Positions 19,699-29,246 are shown, counted from the stretch's first letter. The stretch is 64,000 nucleotides of DNA from Smithella sp. M82 (GCA_001683985.1 MAEO01000044.1:18850-82849), one strand, 5' to 3'. The notes: generated by a model from the sequence alone, not told the origin. Numbers and translations are program-made.

Positions 19699-20616
19699 AT
19701 GAATATTATCGTTTCCGGTTCCCTTGCCTATGACAGGATTATGGATTTCCCCGGACACTTCTCCGACCACATTCTTCCTGACAAAATTCACATGCTTAAC
19801 GTTTGCTTTCAGGTCAACGGCTTAAAAGAAAAATACGGCGGTACGGCAGGAAATATTGCCTATGCGCTTAAGCTGATGGGTGAAAATCCTCTTATCTGTG
19901 CAACGATTGGTCATGATTACCATAAATATTTTAAGTGGTTTGCAAAGAATGGAATATCGACGGAAGGCATAAAAATAATCGCCGATGAATTTACAGCCGG
20001 CGCATACATTACAACTGATCGCGCCGATAATCAAATAACGGGATTCAATCCGGGAGCAATGAAATATCAATCCGCATTGGACTTCAACAAGTTCAATACT
20101 CAGGAAACAATAGTTATCATTTCTCCCGGCAACTTCGACGATATGGTTAATTATCCGAGCGCGTGCAAAGCCAGATGTATCGACTATATTTTTGATCCCG
20201 GGCAATCTCTGCCCATGTGGAAGACGGAAAGTTTGATTCAGGTCATAAAAGGATGCAGAATATTAATTGTCAATGATTACGAACTTAGTTTGATCATCAA
20301 AAAAACCGGCTTAAATAAAGAAGCTCTGTTAAAAATGGCCGGAACAATTATTACCACTCTGGGCGAGCATGGTTCACAGGTGTCGACACAATTCAGCGAA
20401 ATTGCCATTCCCGCCTTTAAGCCAAAGAAAGTTGTCGATCCGACAGGCGCCGGAGATTCATATCGTGGCGGTCTTATCAGCGGATTGGCACGTGGTAAAA
20501 ACATCGAACAAAGCGCACTAATGGGCAGTGTTTGCGCCTCTTTTGCCGTAGAAAGTTATGGCACGCAGGAATATAGTTTCACTCCTGAAGAATTTAATGA
20601 GAGACTTAACGGCTGA
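19699..20616 (+). CDS. PfkB-family kinase (adenosine/nucleoside kinase-like)
   Basis: GSLAYDRIM, GGTAGNIAY, FDPGQ, NDYE and DPTGAGDSYRGG. Confidence 0.88.
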   Translation: MNIIVSGSLAYDRIMDFPGHFSDHILPDKIHMLNVCFQVNGLKEKYGGTAGNIAYALKLMGENPLICATIGHDYHKYFKWFAKNGISTEGIKIIADEFTAGAYITTDRADNQITGFNPGAMKYQSALDFNKFNTQETIVIISPGNFDDMVNYPSACKARCIDYIFDPGQSLPMWKTESLIQVIKGCRILIVNDYELSLIIKKTGLNKEALLKMAGTIITTLGEHGSQVSTQFSEIAIPAFKPKKVVDPTGAGDSYRGGLISGLARGKNIEQSALMGSVCASFAVESYGTQEYSFTPEEFNERLNG

Positions 20617-20642
20617 CAGAAAAAGAAAACCTGCAAGACAGA

Positions 20643-21227
20643 TCATCCGGAATTTTCATTTTTTATTTTCCGGTAATTGATAATATTTTTTCTATGATTA
20701 AACAAGATCAACAGGAAAGTAGCCAGCGCTCCGGATGTTGCGACAAATTGCCAGTCAAGAATTAAAGCCTGACCGCAAGCAAGCGTAAAAACCATAAAGA
20801 ACGATGCGATAAAAGTGATTCGGAAAATTCCGTAAACAATAAGCCAGACTGCTGCCGAAGCAAGAGCAGCCCATGGTGCGACAAGAAGCATAAAGCCCAA
20901 GTAATTGGCCACTCCCTTGCCGCCACGAAAACTATGAAAACAGGGAAAGCTGTTTCCTAAAACAAGAAAAAAACCAGCCCACGGCAGCAATTGTTTTTCT
21001 AAAAAATAAATTGCCACAGCCGCGACCGCTATTGCCCTGCCGATATCCAGCAGAAAAACAAATGCCGCCCAAGCAAATCCTGCCTGACGGTAAACATTTG
21101 TAGTTCCCGCATTGCCGCTGAAACTCAGGCGTGGATCCTTCCTGCCGGTCAGTTTAAAAAAAATAACAGCAAAATTTACGGAACCGGCAAGGTAAGCTGG
21201 CAGATAAATTAAAAATGTTTTACCCAT
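20643..21227 (-). CDS. plsY: Glycerol-3-phosphate acyltransferase PlsY family
   Basis: AYLAGS, DPR..SGNAGTTNVYR, FRGGKGVA and HRKNI motifs; 5 TMs. Confidence 0.85.
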   Translation of the reverse strand: MGKTFLIYLPAYLAGSVNFAVIFFKLTGRKDPRLSFSGNAGTTNVYRQAGFAWAAFVFLLDIGRAIAVAAVAIYFLEKQLLPWAGFFLVLGNSFPCFHSFRGGKGVANYLGFMLLVAPWAALASAAVWLIVYGIFRITFIASFFMVFTLACGQALILDWQFVATSGALATFLLILFNHRKNIINYRKIKNENSG

Positions 21228-21251
21228 ATCTTTTTCAGAGACCTTATAATA

Positions 21252-21412
21252 TCCTCCGCTGGCGCAAAGTCGGGCGAATATTCAGGAGGCGTAAGTCCGG
21301 CGAATGCCGGATGTCGCGTAGTGACGGAGGTGGATAAAGGATTACCTGTAACCTAAATGAAAATTACGGCTACATTAACGCTTCCACCCCCTTAATCCCC
21401 CGCCAACGGGGA
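21252..21412. repeat. Palindromic element, TGTCC(C/T)CCGCTGGCG family, copy 1
   Basis: TCCTCCGCTGGCG...GTAGTGACGGAGGTGGAT...CCACCCCCTTAATCCCCCGCCAACGGGGA; an inverted homolog of 27013..27168. Confidence 0.75.
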
Positions 21413-21432
21413 ATACGCAAAACAAATACTTT

Positions 21433-22296
21433 TTACAAATTTACCTTAATCCAATCTGGTGGATGCATCCTTCCCCTCGTCACATCCTTCATCTTAAGAC
21501 CTTTGATATATTCACACATTATATCCTCTTTATAAATCCAAGCGTCGAATATCAACATATCTCCGGTCATATTAACCGGTATAACCCGCCCCAGATATTC
21601 TTCTTTCTTTTTAGTTTTTTGATAAATTATTCTTTTTTCAAATCCTACGGGGAAAGAAACAATACCGGCAAAGCGCTGACCCCAGACACATGCCGCATGC
21701 ATTGTCGCATCCATTGGAAAAGGCGAACCGAGTAAATTTTCAGCGGCTTCATGGTCCCCGCCGGCAAGATAAGCCAACGCACCTTCAGAAGAAACCGATA
21801 GGTCACCCACAATATTCCGGTAAGCGGTCCCAAAAGGAACCAGTTCACGGTAAATAGTAGTCGAAGGTACGCTGATACATTCCCCTTTCAGTTTATCCAA
21901 CACACGAAAATGATGCGTAACAACCTCTTTCGGATTAATTGTACAGAACTCCACCCGCGCGTGTTCAACTTCGCGGCTGATGGTTCCTGTTTTTGATTTC
22001 ATGGAAGTTAAAAGTGTAGCTGCAATAATTCCACTCCCGGAATTTTCCACATCAACAATAACCGGTTGATTTTCGATATCCTGTGTGATTGTCAGAAAGC
22101 GAGAAAAGGCAGCGTTCTGCAGACAATTTATTTCTGTTCGCGGATAATTTTGTTTGACCGCCCGAGCCAGAAGAATAAGTGATTCTACTGCGGGCAGGAT
22201 CACCTTACCTTCCAGACAGTGATCCCTTAAATAGGAATGAATCTCTATTTCACAGAAATGCCTTTTCTTCTGATTTAAGCCGGAAATGATTTCCAT
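21433..22296 (-). CDS. Stand-alone polyketide-synthase-type dehydratase (double hotdog, PS-DH)
   Basis: HxxxGxxxxP motif (LRDHCLEGKVILPA), Y....FG..YR, and DxxxH (MDATMH). Likely start at ATG 22296, overlapping the thioesterase end. Confidence 0.75.
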   Translation of the reverse strand: MEIISGLNQKKRHFCEIEIHSYLRDHCLEGKVILPAVESLILLARAVKQNYPRTEINCLQNAAFSRFLTITQDIENQPVIVDVENSGSGIIAATLLTSMKSKTGTISREVEHARVEFCTINPKEVVTHHFRVLDKLKGECISVPSTTIYRELVPFGTAYRNIVGDLSVSSEGALAYLAGGDHEAAENLLGSPFPMDATMHAACVWGQRFAGIVSFPVGFEKRIIYQKTKKKEEYLGRVIPVNMTGDMLIFDAWIYKEDIMCEYIKGLKMKDVTRGRMHPPDWIKVNL

Positions 22297-22751
22297 AATT
22301 GAACCGTTTTCGGATCCACGGCCACGGGAGTGCCCGAAAGATTCAGTGCGCAATGTTTGGTAAAACCGGTACAGATTATGTGTCCTTTTTCCTGATGCGT
22401 GATCAGGTAGTCGAATTGCAGACGTACTCTTTCCAGATTGACCGGTCGCGTGTGAATATACATCAAATCATCATAATAAAGAGGCTGATAGAAACTGACA
22501 CCCAAATCAAAAATAGGATAAACATAACCGCTATTCTCGATTTCCTTGTAGGGATAAGCAAGATCGCGCATCAGCGACGTCCGGCCGAATTCAAAATAAC
22601 GCATATAATTGGAATGATACACCACTTGCGAACGATCCGTATCGATATACAAAACCCTGTACACCGAGCGATGCCAGACCAGACCGCTGGTGAGATCGCG
22701 CACATAACGTTCATCATTGTATATTTCAGGTTTAAAAGGTTTGGGCCTCAT
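22275..22751 (-). CDS. Acyl-CoA/acyl-ACP thioesterase, YbgC/4HBT family
   Basis: RVLYIDTDRSQVVYHSNYMRYFEFGR signature. Confidence 0.88.
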   Translation of the reverse strand: MRPKPFKPEIYNDERYVRDLTSGLVWHRSVYRVLYIDTDRSQVVYHSNYMRYFEFGRTSLMRDLAYPYKEIENSGYVYPIFDLGVSFYQPLYYDDLMYIHTRPVNLERVRLQFDYLITHQEKGHIICTGFTKHCALNLSGTPVAVDPKTVQLWKSFPA

Positions 22752-22754
22752 TTT

Positions 22755-24020
22755 CTATACTCCTCTGAAAATTACGCAGCAATTTGTTCCGCCAAATCCA
22801 AAAGCATTGGAAAGAGCAACCTCATATTTATGTTTGCGGGCTTCATTAGGAACGACGTCAATATCCGAAAACTCAGGATCAGGAATATGATTAATCGTCG
22901 GCAGGATGATGCCTTTTTTCATTCCTTCAATAGTCAGAGCCGCTTCGATAGCCGCCGTCGCTCCCAGAGTATGCCCGAGCTGAGACTTGTTTGATGAAAC
23001 GGGAATTTTTTCTATTTTTTTACCGAACACTTCCCTCAGACATTTTACTTCCGTGCTGTCGCCTTTAGGTGTGGAAGTGCCATGAGCATTTATATACTCG
23101 ATATTTTCCGGTTTCAATCCGGCATCATCGATAGTTTCGCGAATAGCCCTGATGATGGTCGGCATATTGGGGCTGGTATAATGATGAGCATCTGATGTCC
23201 ATCCGACACCTAGAATTTCGGCTTTTGGTTTAAGACCGTACATTTTCATAACTTCCTCAGCCGCCAGAACAACAACACCCGCGCCTTCCGAAAGAACAAA
23301 GCCCCTGCGGTCAACACTGAAAGGACGCGATGCCAGCGCCGGGTTATCATAAGCGCGATCTTTGGAATTAACTTTAATAGTGGCGTTCATATTGGCAAAA
23401 CCGTGAATCAGCTCCGGTAAAATGGGAGTATCGGCGCCTCCGGCCAGAACGAAATCGCAATCACCGTCTCTGATCATTCTTGCCCCTATGCCCATAGCGT
23501 GATTACCCGAAGCGCACGCGCCCTGCGGCGAAAAAATAGGCCCGGTAAACTTCAACAGCATTCCCGCCTTGCCGGACGGAAGGTTTGCGCACAAATTAGG
23601 CAACAGATACGGACTTACCCGGAGCGGGCCGCGATGTTCCAAATCGTGAACCGCGACTCGAAAAGCGTCAGAACCGTTAAGCGCTGAACCGATTAGGCAG
23701 GCCATTCGGGGCCCAATTTCGGCATTAATTTCAATTCCGGCATTCTGCAAAGCTTCCTTGCAGACCGCCATAGTCAAAATAACAAAAGCCGCGTTCCAAT
23801 TATACACTTCTTTTGCGTCGGTGAAATCAAGCTCCAGCGGATACCAGTTCGGTATTTCTCCGACGACATCGCAGGCAGATTCGACTTTACAGCGGGTTAC
23901 TTTGCGGAAACCAGCTTCTCCTTTAACCGCCCTTCTCCATGTCTTTTCAAAAGTACTGCCCAGCGGAGTGGCCGCACCGTAACCGACAACAAAGACTTTT
24001 CTGTTCTTGGGAGCTCTCAT
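22755..24020 (-). CDS. Beta-ketoacyl-ACP synthase (FabF-like) KAS-1
   Basis: Cys-His-His triad: GACASG, NAHGTST, GHTLGA; ends NAFGFGGTN. Confidence 0.92.
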   Translation of the reverse strand: MRAPKNRKVFVVGYGAATPLGSTFEKTWRRAVKGEAGFRKVTRCKVESACDVVGEIPNWYPLELDFTDAKEVYNWNAAFVILTMAVCKEALQNAGIEINAEIGPRMACLIGSALNGSDAFRVAVHDLEHRGPLRVSPYLLPNLCANLPSGKAGMLLKFTGPIFSPQGACASGNHAMGIGARMIRDGDCDFVLAGGADTPILPELIHGFANMNATIKVNSKDRAYDNPALASRPFSVDRRGFVLSEGAGVVVLAAEEVMKMYGLKPKAEILGVGWTSDAHHYTSPNMPTIIRAIRETIDDAGLKPENIEYINAHGTSTPKGDSTEVKCLREVFGKKIEKIPVSSNKSQLGHTLGATAAIEAALTIEGMKKGIILPTINHIPDPEFSDIDVVPNEARKHKYEVALSNAFGFGGTNCCVIFRGV

Positions 24021-24034
24021 AATTTACCTTTTTA

Positions 24035-24176
24035 TGTCACTTCAAATCCCGATTTATCGGGGTGGGAAATCTTATTTTCAATTCACAAATTTTAAGAAGA
24101 CAATGTAGTCCGAACCTTTAGGTTCGACTATTTAACTACACTTTCCTCACCCGCTTATAGCGGATTCGGAATGACA
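24035..24176. repeat. TGTCA...GGAATGACA palindromic element with a nested GTAG-REP hairpin
   Basis: Ends TGTCACTTC / CGGAATGACA. Internal hairpins CCCGATTTATCGGG, GTAGTCCGAACCTTTAGGTTCG and CCGCTTATAGCGG. Confidence 0.7.
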
Positions 24177-24187
24177 TTTTTTACAAA

Positions 24188-25441
24188 CTAACCATTCCTG
24201 CGCAAAACCAGGCAGGAGTTGCATCCGCCAAATCCAAAAGCGTTTTTCAGAACAAACTCCTGTTTTAATTTTCTTGCGCCCTCGGCAACACAGTCAATTT
24301 CAATTTCTTTATCCGGAATATAATTAATAGTGGGTAACAATGTGTCTCTTATCATGCCTTCCATAGCAAATATCGCCTCTATCGCACTGGATGCGCCCAT
24401 CGCATGGCCTAGCTGCGATTTATTCGCCGATACCGGTGGCACTTTATTACCGAAAATATTACGCAGCGCATCGGCCTCTACCTTATCTCCTATTTTTGTT
24501 GAAGTCGCGTGCGCGTTGACCGCGTCAATGTCTTGCGGCCGCAAGCCGGCATTGGCAATCGCCTCTTCCATACATCTTTGCACCGTTGTCAAATTCGGTG
24601 AAACAAAATGACCGGCATCCGATGTCATTGACCATCCGGCCATTTCAATATTTGATTTAAGCCCGTGAGCTTTGACGAATTCATCCGTTGCTAAAATAAT
24701 GCAACCCGCGCCTTCAGAAACCACAAACCCACGGCGGTTAACGGAAAACGGCCGGCTGGTTTTCTTCGGTAACTCTTCCGGCTGACCTTCTTTCGGACGA
24801 TATGCGCCGTTCATCGTGGCAAATCCCGCAACGATTGGCTCTACCAGAGGAAAATCCACCGCCCCGCCGATAACCACATCCGCCATGTTTCTTTGCAACA
24901 ACATCTCGCCCATGATGAGCGAAGTAATTCCCGTGGCACAAGCCGTTATCGTCGAACAAATCGGCCCTGTCGCTCCCGTAAGAATGGAAACCTTTCCGCC
25001 CACCATGTTAATACAGGAATTGGGATTGGTAAAAGGATGAGGCATTTTCCCTTCTTTAACCATCAAACGATCAGCCTGTAAAACAGCATCCACTCCTCCG
25101 ACCGCCGTACTGAAAGTAATTGCCACGCGCGGCGCTATTTCCGGAGTTATCTCAATTCCGCTTTTTTTAAGCGCCCGATGCACAACCAACAATGCATATT
25201 TGAAAATAGGTGATGTCCAGTGCGCCAAATCCCGCGGCTGCAAGAAAGGATATGAGCGGGTATCAATTTCTGCAACTTCACCGGCAACACGCACCGGAAA
25301 ACCGGGACTGAGCGGAAACCTAGTCAATTCCCCTATGCCGCAACCTCCGGTAACGGCCCTTTGCCATTGAGCCTCCAAATCCGTACCCAAAGAAGACACC
25401 GTGTCATAACCTAATATTAAAGTTTTCTTTGAACCCACCAC
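24188..25441 (-). CDS. Beta-ketoacyl-ACP synthase (FabF-like) KAS-2
   Basis: TACATG, NAHATST, GHAMGA, NAFGFGG. GTG start overlaps the GIY-YIG gene end. Confidence 0.92.
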   Translation of the reverse strand: MVGSKKTLILGYDTVSSLGTDLEAQWQRAVTGGCGIGELTRFPLSPGFPVRVAGEVAEIDTRSYPFLQPRDLAHWTSPIFKYALLVVHRALKKSGIEITPEIAPRVAITFSTAVGGVDAVLQADRLMVKEGKMPHPFTNPNSCINMVGGKVSILTGATGPICSTITACATGITSLIMGEMLLQRNMADVVIGGAVDFPLVEPIVAGFATMNGAYRPKEGQPEELPKKTSRPFSVNRRGFVVSEGAGCIILATDEFVKAHGLKSNIEMAGWSMTSDAGHFVSPNLTTVQRCMEEAIANAGLRPQDIDAVNAHATSTKIGDKVEADALRNIFGNKVPPVSANKSQLGHAMGASSAIEAIFAMEGMIRDTLLPTINYIPDKEIEIDCVAEGARKLKQEFVLKNAFGFGGCNSCLVLRRNG

Positions 25442-25721
25442 TTAAATCCCGCCAGCTTGGATTTTCTTGATTAACAAGTTTGTCCTTTTTTTCTCTACGC
25501 CAATTTTTAATTTCTTTTTCTCTTATTATTGCAACATTAATATCCCTTGTTTCTTCAAAGTAAACTAACTTACTCAAATTATACTTTTCAGAAAAGCCTG
25601 GAATCAATTTATTCTTGTGTTCATAAATTCTACGACTCAAATCATTAGTAACACCGACATAGATTACTTTATTATTCCAATTGGTCAACAAATAGACATA
25701 ATACTTCTTTGTGAAGACCAT
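25404..25721 (-). CDS. Small GIY-YIG nuclease family protein
   Basis: YYVYLL...IYVGVTNDLSRRIYEHK...F..KY...LVYFE...AI.REK.IK.WRREKK..L....NP.W.DL. Confidence 0.9.
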   Translation of the reverse strand: MVFTKKYYVYLLTNWNNKVIYVGVTNDLSRRIYEHKNKLIPGFSEKYNLSKLVYFEETRDINVAIIREKEIKNWRREKKDKLVNQENPSWRDLSGGFKENFNIRL

Positions 25722-25771
25722 TTGTTATTTCTTTCTAAGCAGAAGAATTAACGACCAAAGCTAATATCGTT

Positions 25772-25892
25772 TGTCATTTCGACCCGGCAAATGCCGGGGA
25801 GAAATCCATGTCCCGAGTGTAACGAGGGGTCTTCTAAGATTCCTCACCCGATAAATCGGGATTTACCCTTAAGGGCACTTCGCGGAATGACA
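25772..25892. repeat. TGTCATTTCGAC...CGGAATGACA palindromic element upstream of the GIY-YIG gene
   Basis: Terminal inverted repeats plus the internal core GGAGAAATC...GATTCCTC and hairpins CCCGGCAAATGCCGGG and CCCGATAAATCGGG. Confidence 0.8.
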
Positions 25893-25975
25893 TTGCTTAT
25901 AATATTCTCCGGAACAGTCCGGAAATGTTTGGAATCTGCCAATAAAGATGGGTTTATATCAGAATTCTAAAAGGA

Positions 25976-26974
25976 TTACCAAGAAATAAAGTGATACAGT
26001 TTGGCAAACATTTCATACACTTCGATCCAGTTTTGCAAATCTTTGGTCGACTTCAAATGTTCGCGTTTATTGACCATTACCCAGCTCATGTGCGCCGCAC
26101 CGTCTTTACATGTGGAGCAATCGCGCGTCGCCGACGTACAGCAGCGATGAACTGTTTTTAAATCGGATGCCCAGCGGACAAAGTGAATCAGGCGGCGGGG
26201 ACGATTTTCTCTATTGTCCAAGGATTCCGTAACGGAGGGACACTCACTCCAGCCGAAGCTGCGTCCCATCATTTTTCCGGTGGTAATGACTTCGTGATAA
26301 TATTTGCAGGAAATTACAGTTTGCGGATAATGGTCGAGCATTTCGTCCATTTCAAAACGCAGATCTTTCAGCTCGCCCTCTTGCCAGGAAAATCCGTCCA
26401 CACCCTCATCGTTCGATAAAAGCTGCAGATGAACTTTTAAACCGACGTCGGCGATTCTTTTGATTACCGGTTCAATTTTCCCCACCTGACGCGGTGTAAT
26501 CGTATAGAGATAATAAGTGTATTTGTCTCCTTCATAATTTTTACTGGAAACGGCAAAGGTATCGCGTCCCCGAAGAACCTTTTCATCTTCACTGTCGCCC
26601 CACAACGAAATTCCCACTATCATATCGGGAAATTTATCGCGGGGAACCTTAATCAGGCCGTTGGTGGCACAATACGTAGGCAGGCGTTTGTAGAAAGCCT
26701 CGACGCGCTCCATACACAAAGTCGGCTCGCCGCCGATGAGAATTGCCAGATTAACTCCCCGCTCTTTTTCACGATCAATGAATTCTTCCCACTTTTTGAT
26801 ATCCATTTCTTCCACTGCCGCCTGATGTTCTCCCGAAGAAAAGAAAAAACATCCCTTGCAGCGCAAATTGCAGCGGTTGGTTACATCATATATGGAACTG
26901 CGGATATTCAAGTTGGAAATCCGTCTGTATCTTTCATACCAATCTTTATCCAGTAATGAACTGACTGTTTTCAT
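25976..26974 (-). CDS. Radical SAM protein B (lipid cluster)
   Basis: CNLRCKGC, GGEP and a C-terminal Cys cluster C...CC-x6-C-x2-C. Confidence 0.9.
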   Translation of the reverse strand: MKTVSSLLDKDWYERYRRISNLNIRSSIYDVTNRCNLRCKGCFFFSSGEHQAAVEEMDIKKWEEFIDREKERGVNLAILIGGEPTLCMERVEAFYKRLPTYCATNGLIKVPRDKFPDMIVGISLWGDSEDEKVLRGRDTFAVSSKNYEGDKYTYYLYTITPRQVGKIEPVIKRIADVGLKVHLQLLSNDEGVDGFSWQEGELKDLRFEMDEMLDHYPQTVISCKYYHEVITTGKMMGRSFGWSECPSVTESLDNRENRPRRLIHFVRWASDLKTVHRCCTSATRDCSTCKDGAAHMSWVMVNKREHLKSTKDLQNWIEVYEMFAKLYHFISW

Positions 26975-27012
26975 CAGAACTTCCTAATTTATACTCGCAA
27001 TGACATTATGCG

Positions 27013-27168
27013 TGTCCCCCGCTGGCGGGGGATTAAGGGGATGGATAGTTTTATAGCTTTTGATTGCAGGGCATACTTTCCAAATGTACTGCAATTGGGA
27101 CTGCTCTTGTAACAGTCTTTACAACATCCACCTCCGTCACTACCTGACACCTCCGCCAGCGGAGGACA
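27013..27168. repeat. Palindromic element, TGTCCCCCGCTGGCG family, copy 2
   Basis: TGTCCCCCGCTGGCGGGGGATTAAGGGG...CACCTCCGTCACTAC..CCTCCGCCAGCGGAGGACA with terminal IRs. Confidence 0.8.
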
Positions 27169-27183
27169 AGTAATGACAAATTT

Positions 27184-28284
27184 TCATGTTGCTGCCGCAT
27201 GCGGCGGCTCTATAATATCATTACAAAGATTTTTGCCTTTTTCGTAACCCATTACCCAAACCGCCAGATAAGTATCCACATAATCCAGCCACGATTTAAA
27301 CGTATCCATACTATCTACATGCCTGTAAAGACGCGCCGTAACAACCGCAGAACCCGCGGCGTAATGACGGCAATCTACACAATCCGTATCCGGCACGCAA
27401 CAGGCAACAGACCTGTCCCAGTTCAAATCTGTCCGGTACTGCCTGAAAGACCTTCCCAGTCCGATATCCTGCGAAGGATTCTGACGGGGATACGAGCAGC
27501 CGTATAAATCGTGCAAACCTTTTTTATGAGTGTGCGCCACGGCATTATAAACTGAAAAAAGAACATTTTGCGGATATTTACCCAAAAGATCTATCATTGT
27601 CAATTGCATCCGTTTAAGAGAGTCATCATCATGCCGCAGATTTCCCGTATAACCGACCGGTGAGGAAAAAACATTAAAGGTCAATTTACAATTGTGGGCG
27701 ACAAGCTCTTCGGTGACTTCTTTTACTTCATCAATATTATTCCGCGTAAAGGTATAAACAAAAACTGCGCGCGGATCATTTTCGTAATTCTCGATCTGCT
27801 TCTTTAAAAGGTTTTTAGCCTTTCTAATTCTCAGGCTGGTTTCATCATTTCCCCAAACGGAAATATGCAGCTTATAGCCGACCGAGTCCGGTATTTTTTT
27901 AAAGCCGTTGGTGGCGATGCTACCCAGCGGCATTTCCTGATAACAAACATCGAGCAATTCCGGAACCAGAGAAGGTTCTGCTCCCGCCAGAACAACATAG
28001 GTAATGCCGCGCGCCTTCTCCGCCCGCATCAGTTCGCGCCATGCCTCAACATCGCCAATTTCTTTGGCAAATTGTTTTGTCCCTTCATAATAATAACACC
28101 CGTCGCAACGGATATTACAGCGGTTGGTCATATCGTAGGTCGATTCCCGAAGAAAAAAATATTTCCTCACTTTTTCCCAGCGCTCTTTAACTTCCGTCTG
28201 GGCTAAAAGCTCGGAAAATTTCGGTTTGTTTGATTCCGGATTTAATTTACGATTAACCTGCATAAATTTGACAGAACCCATCAA
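27184..28284 (-). CDS. Radical SAM protein A (lipid cluster), paralog of 25976..26974
   Basis: CNIRCDGC, AGAEP and a C-terminal CC-x5-C-x2-C. Shares the S.YD.TNRCN.RC, TNG..K.P and ISxWG motifs with B. Confidence 0.9.
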   Translation of the reverse strand: MMGSVKFMQVNRKLNPESNKPKFSELLAQTEVKERWEKVRKYFFLRESTYDMTNRCNIRCDGCYYYEGTKQFAKEIGDVEAWRELMRAEKARGITYVVLAGAEPSLVPELLDVCYQEMPLGSIATNGFKKIPDSVGYKLHISVWGNDETSLRIRKAKNLLKKQIENYENDPRAVFVYTFTRNNIDEVKEVTEELVAHNCKLTFNVFSSPVGYTGNLRHDDDSLKRMQLTMIDLLGKYPQNVLFSVYNAVAHTHKKGLHDLYGCSYPRQNPSQDIGLGRSFRQYRTDLNWDRSVACCVPDTDCVDCRHYAAGSAVVTARLYRHVDSMDTFKSWLDYVDTYLAVWVMGYEKGKNLCNDIIEPPHAAAT

Positions 28285-28560
28285 CTAATTTTTTGTGGCA
28301 AGTTTTTCTTCAATATATTCGGAAATAAGGCGTATGGTTTTTAATTTGGGATAATCATCTTCGTCTATTGTAATATCGTATTCATCCTGTAAGATCAATG
28401 CGACAGTCGCCAGATCCATACTGTCAATGCCCAGTTCATCCACCAGATCCATATCCGAATTAAAAGTATCTGCGGTAACGTCTTCCAATTTCAACTCATC
28501 AATAATAATTTCGGCCACGTGCCGTATAATGCCTTTGATATCTTGATTTACAGGCATCAC
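28285..28560 (-). CDS. Acyl carrier protein
   Basis: Acidic 91 aa with LGIDSMD. GGAGGA RBS. Abuts radical SAM A. Confidence 0.9.
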   Translation of the reverse strand: MMPVNQDIKGIIRHVAEIIIDELKLEDVTADTFNSDMDLVDELGIDSMDLATVALILQDEYDITIDEDDYPKLKTIRLISEYIEEKLATKN

Positions 28561-28593
28561 TATCCTCCTTAGAATAATTATTTATATTTACTT

Positions 28594-28989
28594 TTATCCA
28601 TTTATTTTTTTAGCAGTCATATGTCCGCTACTTACAATATTTTCTTTCTTCATTATTTTGAAAGAAAATGAAACATCATCACCCGCATCTTCAGAATTTA
28701 TACTTATTGACAATTTATCCCCCGGCCTTACCGGTTGCATAAATCTGACTCTTCTTAGCGAATGTAACTGAAGCTGCATTCCTTTTTTAAGCGCTTCCTC
28801 TAAAATAGCCTGTTTAACTGCGGCAACCAAGGCTACTCCGGGAAGAATCGGTTCTCCCGGAAAGTGACCGGAAAACCAGGGAGAATCAGCCGGCACATCC
28901 CCTAATGCCTCAATATGATTACCATTAGTTGCCTTTATTTCTTTTAATAAACTCCACTGATTGCCCAATAAATATACCTCATTGGCCAA
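28594..28989 (-). CDS. Single-hotdog dehydratase (FabZ/ApeI-like)
   Basis: SPWFSGHFPGEPILPGVAL and VRFMQPVRPGD. Confidence 0.8.
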   Translation of the reverse strand: MANEVYLLGNQWSLLKEIKATNGNHIEALGDVPADSPWFSGHFPGEPILPGVALVAAVKQAILEEALKKGMQLQLHSLRRVRFMQPVRPGDKLSISINSEDAGDDVSFSFKIMKKENIVSSGHMTAKKING

Positions 28990-29103
28990 TTTTTAATCAA
29001 ATGAATGCCAAAAGAACATAAATTCATATCATTGATTTTTTTTCAACTAAAAAATTAATGAGTCCCAAGTTTCAGAAGTGAAGCACGCTAAAACTTGCTG
29101 GAC

Positions 29104-29220
29104 GAATTATCCGGCGTATGCCGGATAATAAATCAACACCTACAGGGACGGACTCAGGCATGCGAACTATCCCAGGCGCTTAGCGCCGTGGTAAAACAAG
29201 CTGAGCGAAGCGAAGGGGGA
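29104..29220. repeat. Cluster of short REP-like hairpins
   Basis: ATTATCCGGCGTATGCCGGATAAT; CCCAGGCGCTTAGCGCCGTGG; CTGAGCGAAGCGAAGG. Confidence 0.5.
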
Positions 29221-29246
29221 TTTGTACCTTAGAAATATTTTTTGAA

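Noticed and set aside
22299-22994. Long antisense ORFs (also 31848..32522 and 36371..36928)
   Set aside because: They are shadows of well-supported genes on the opposite strand.
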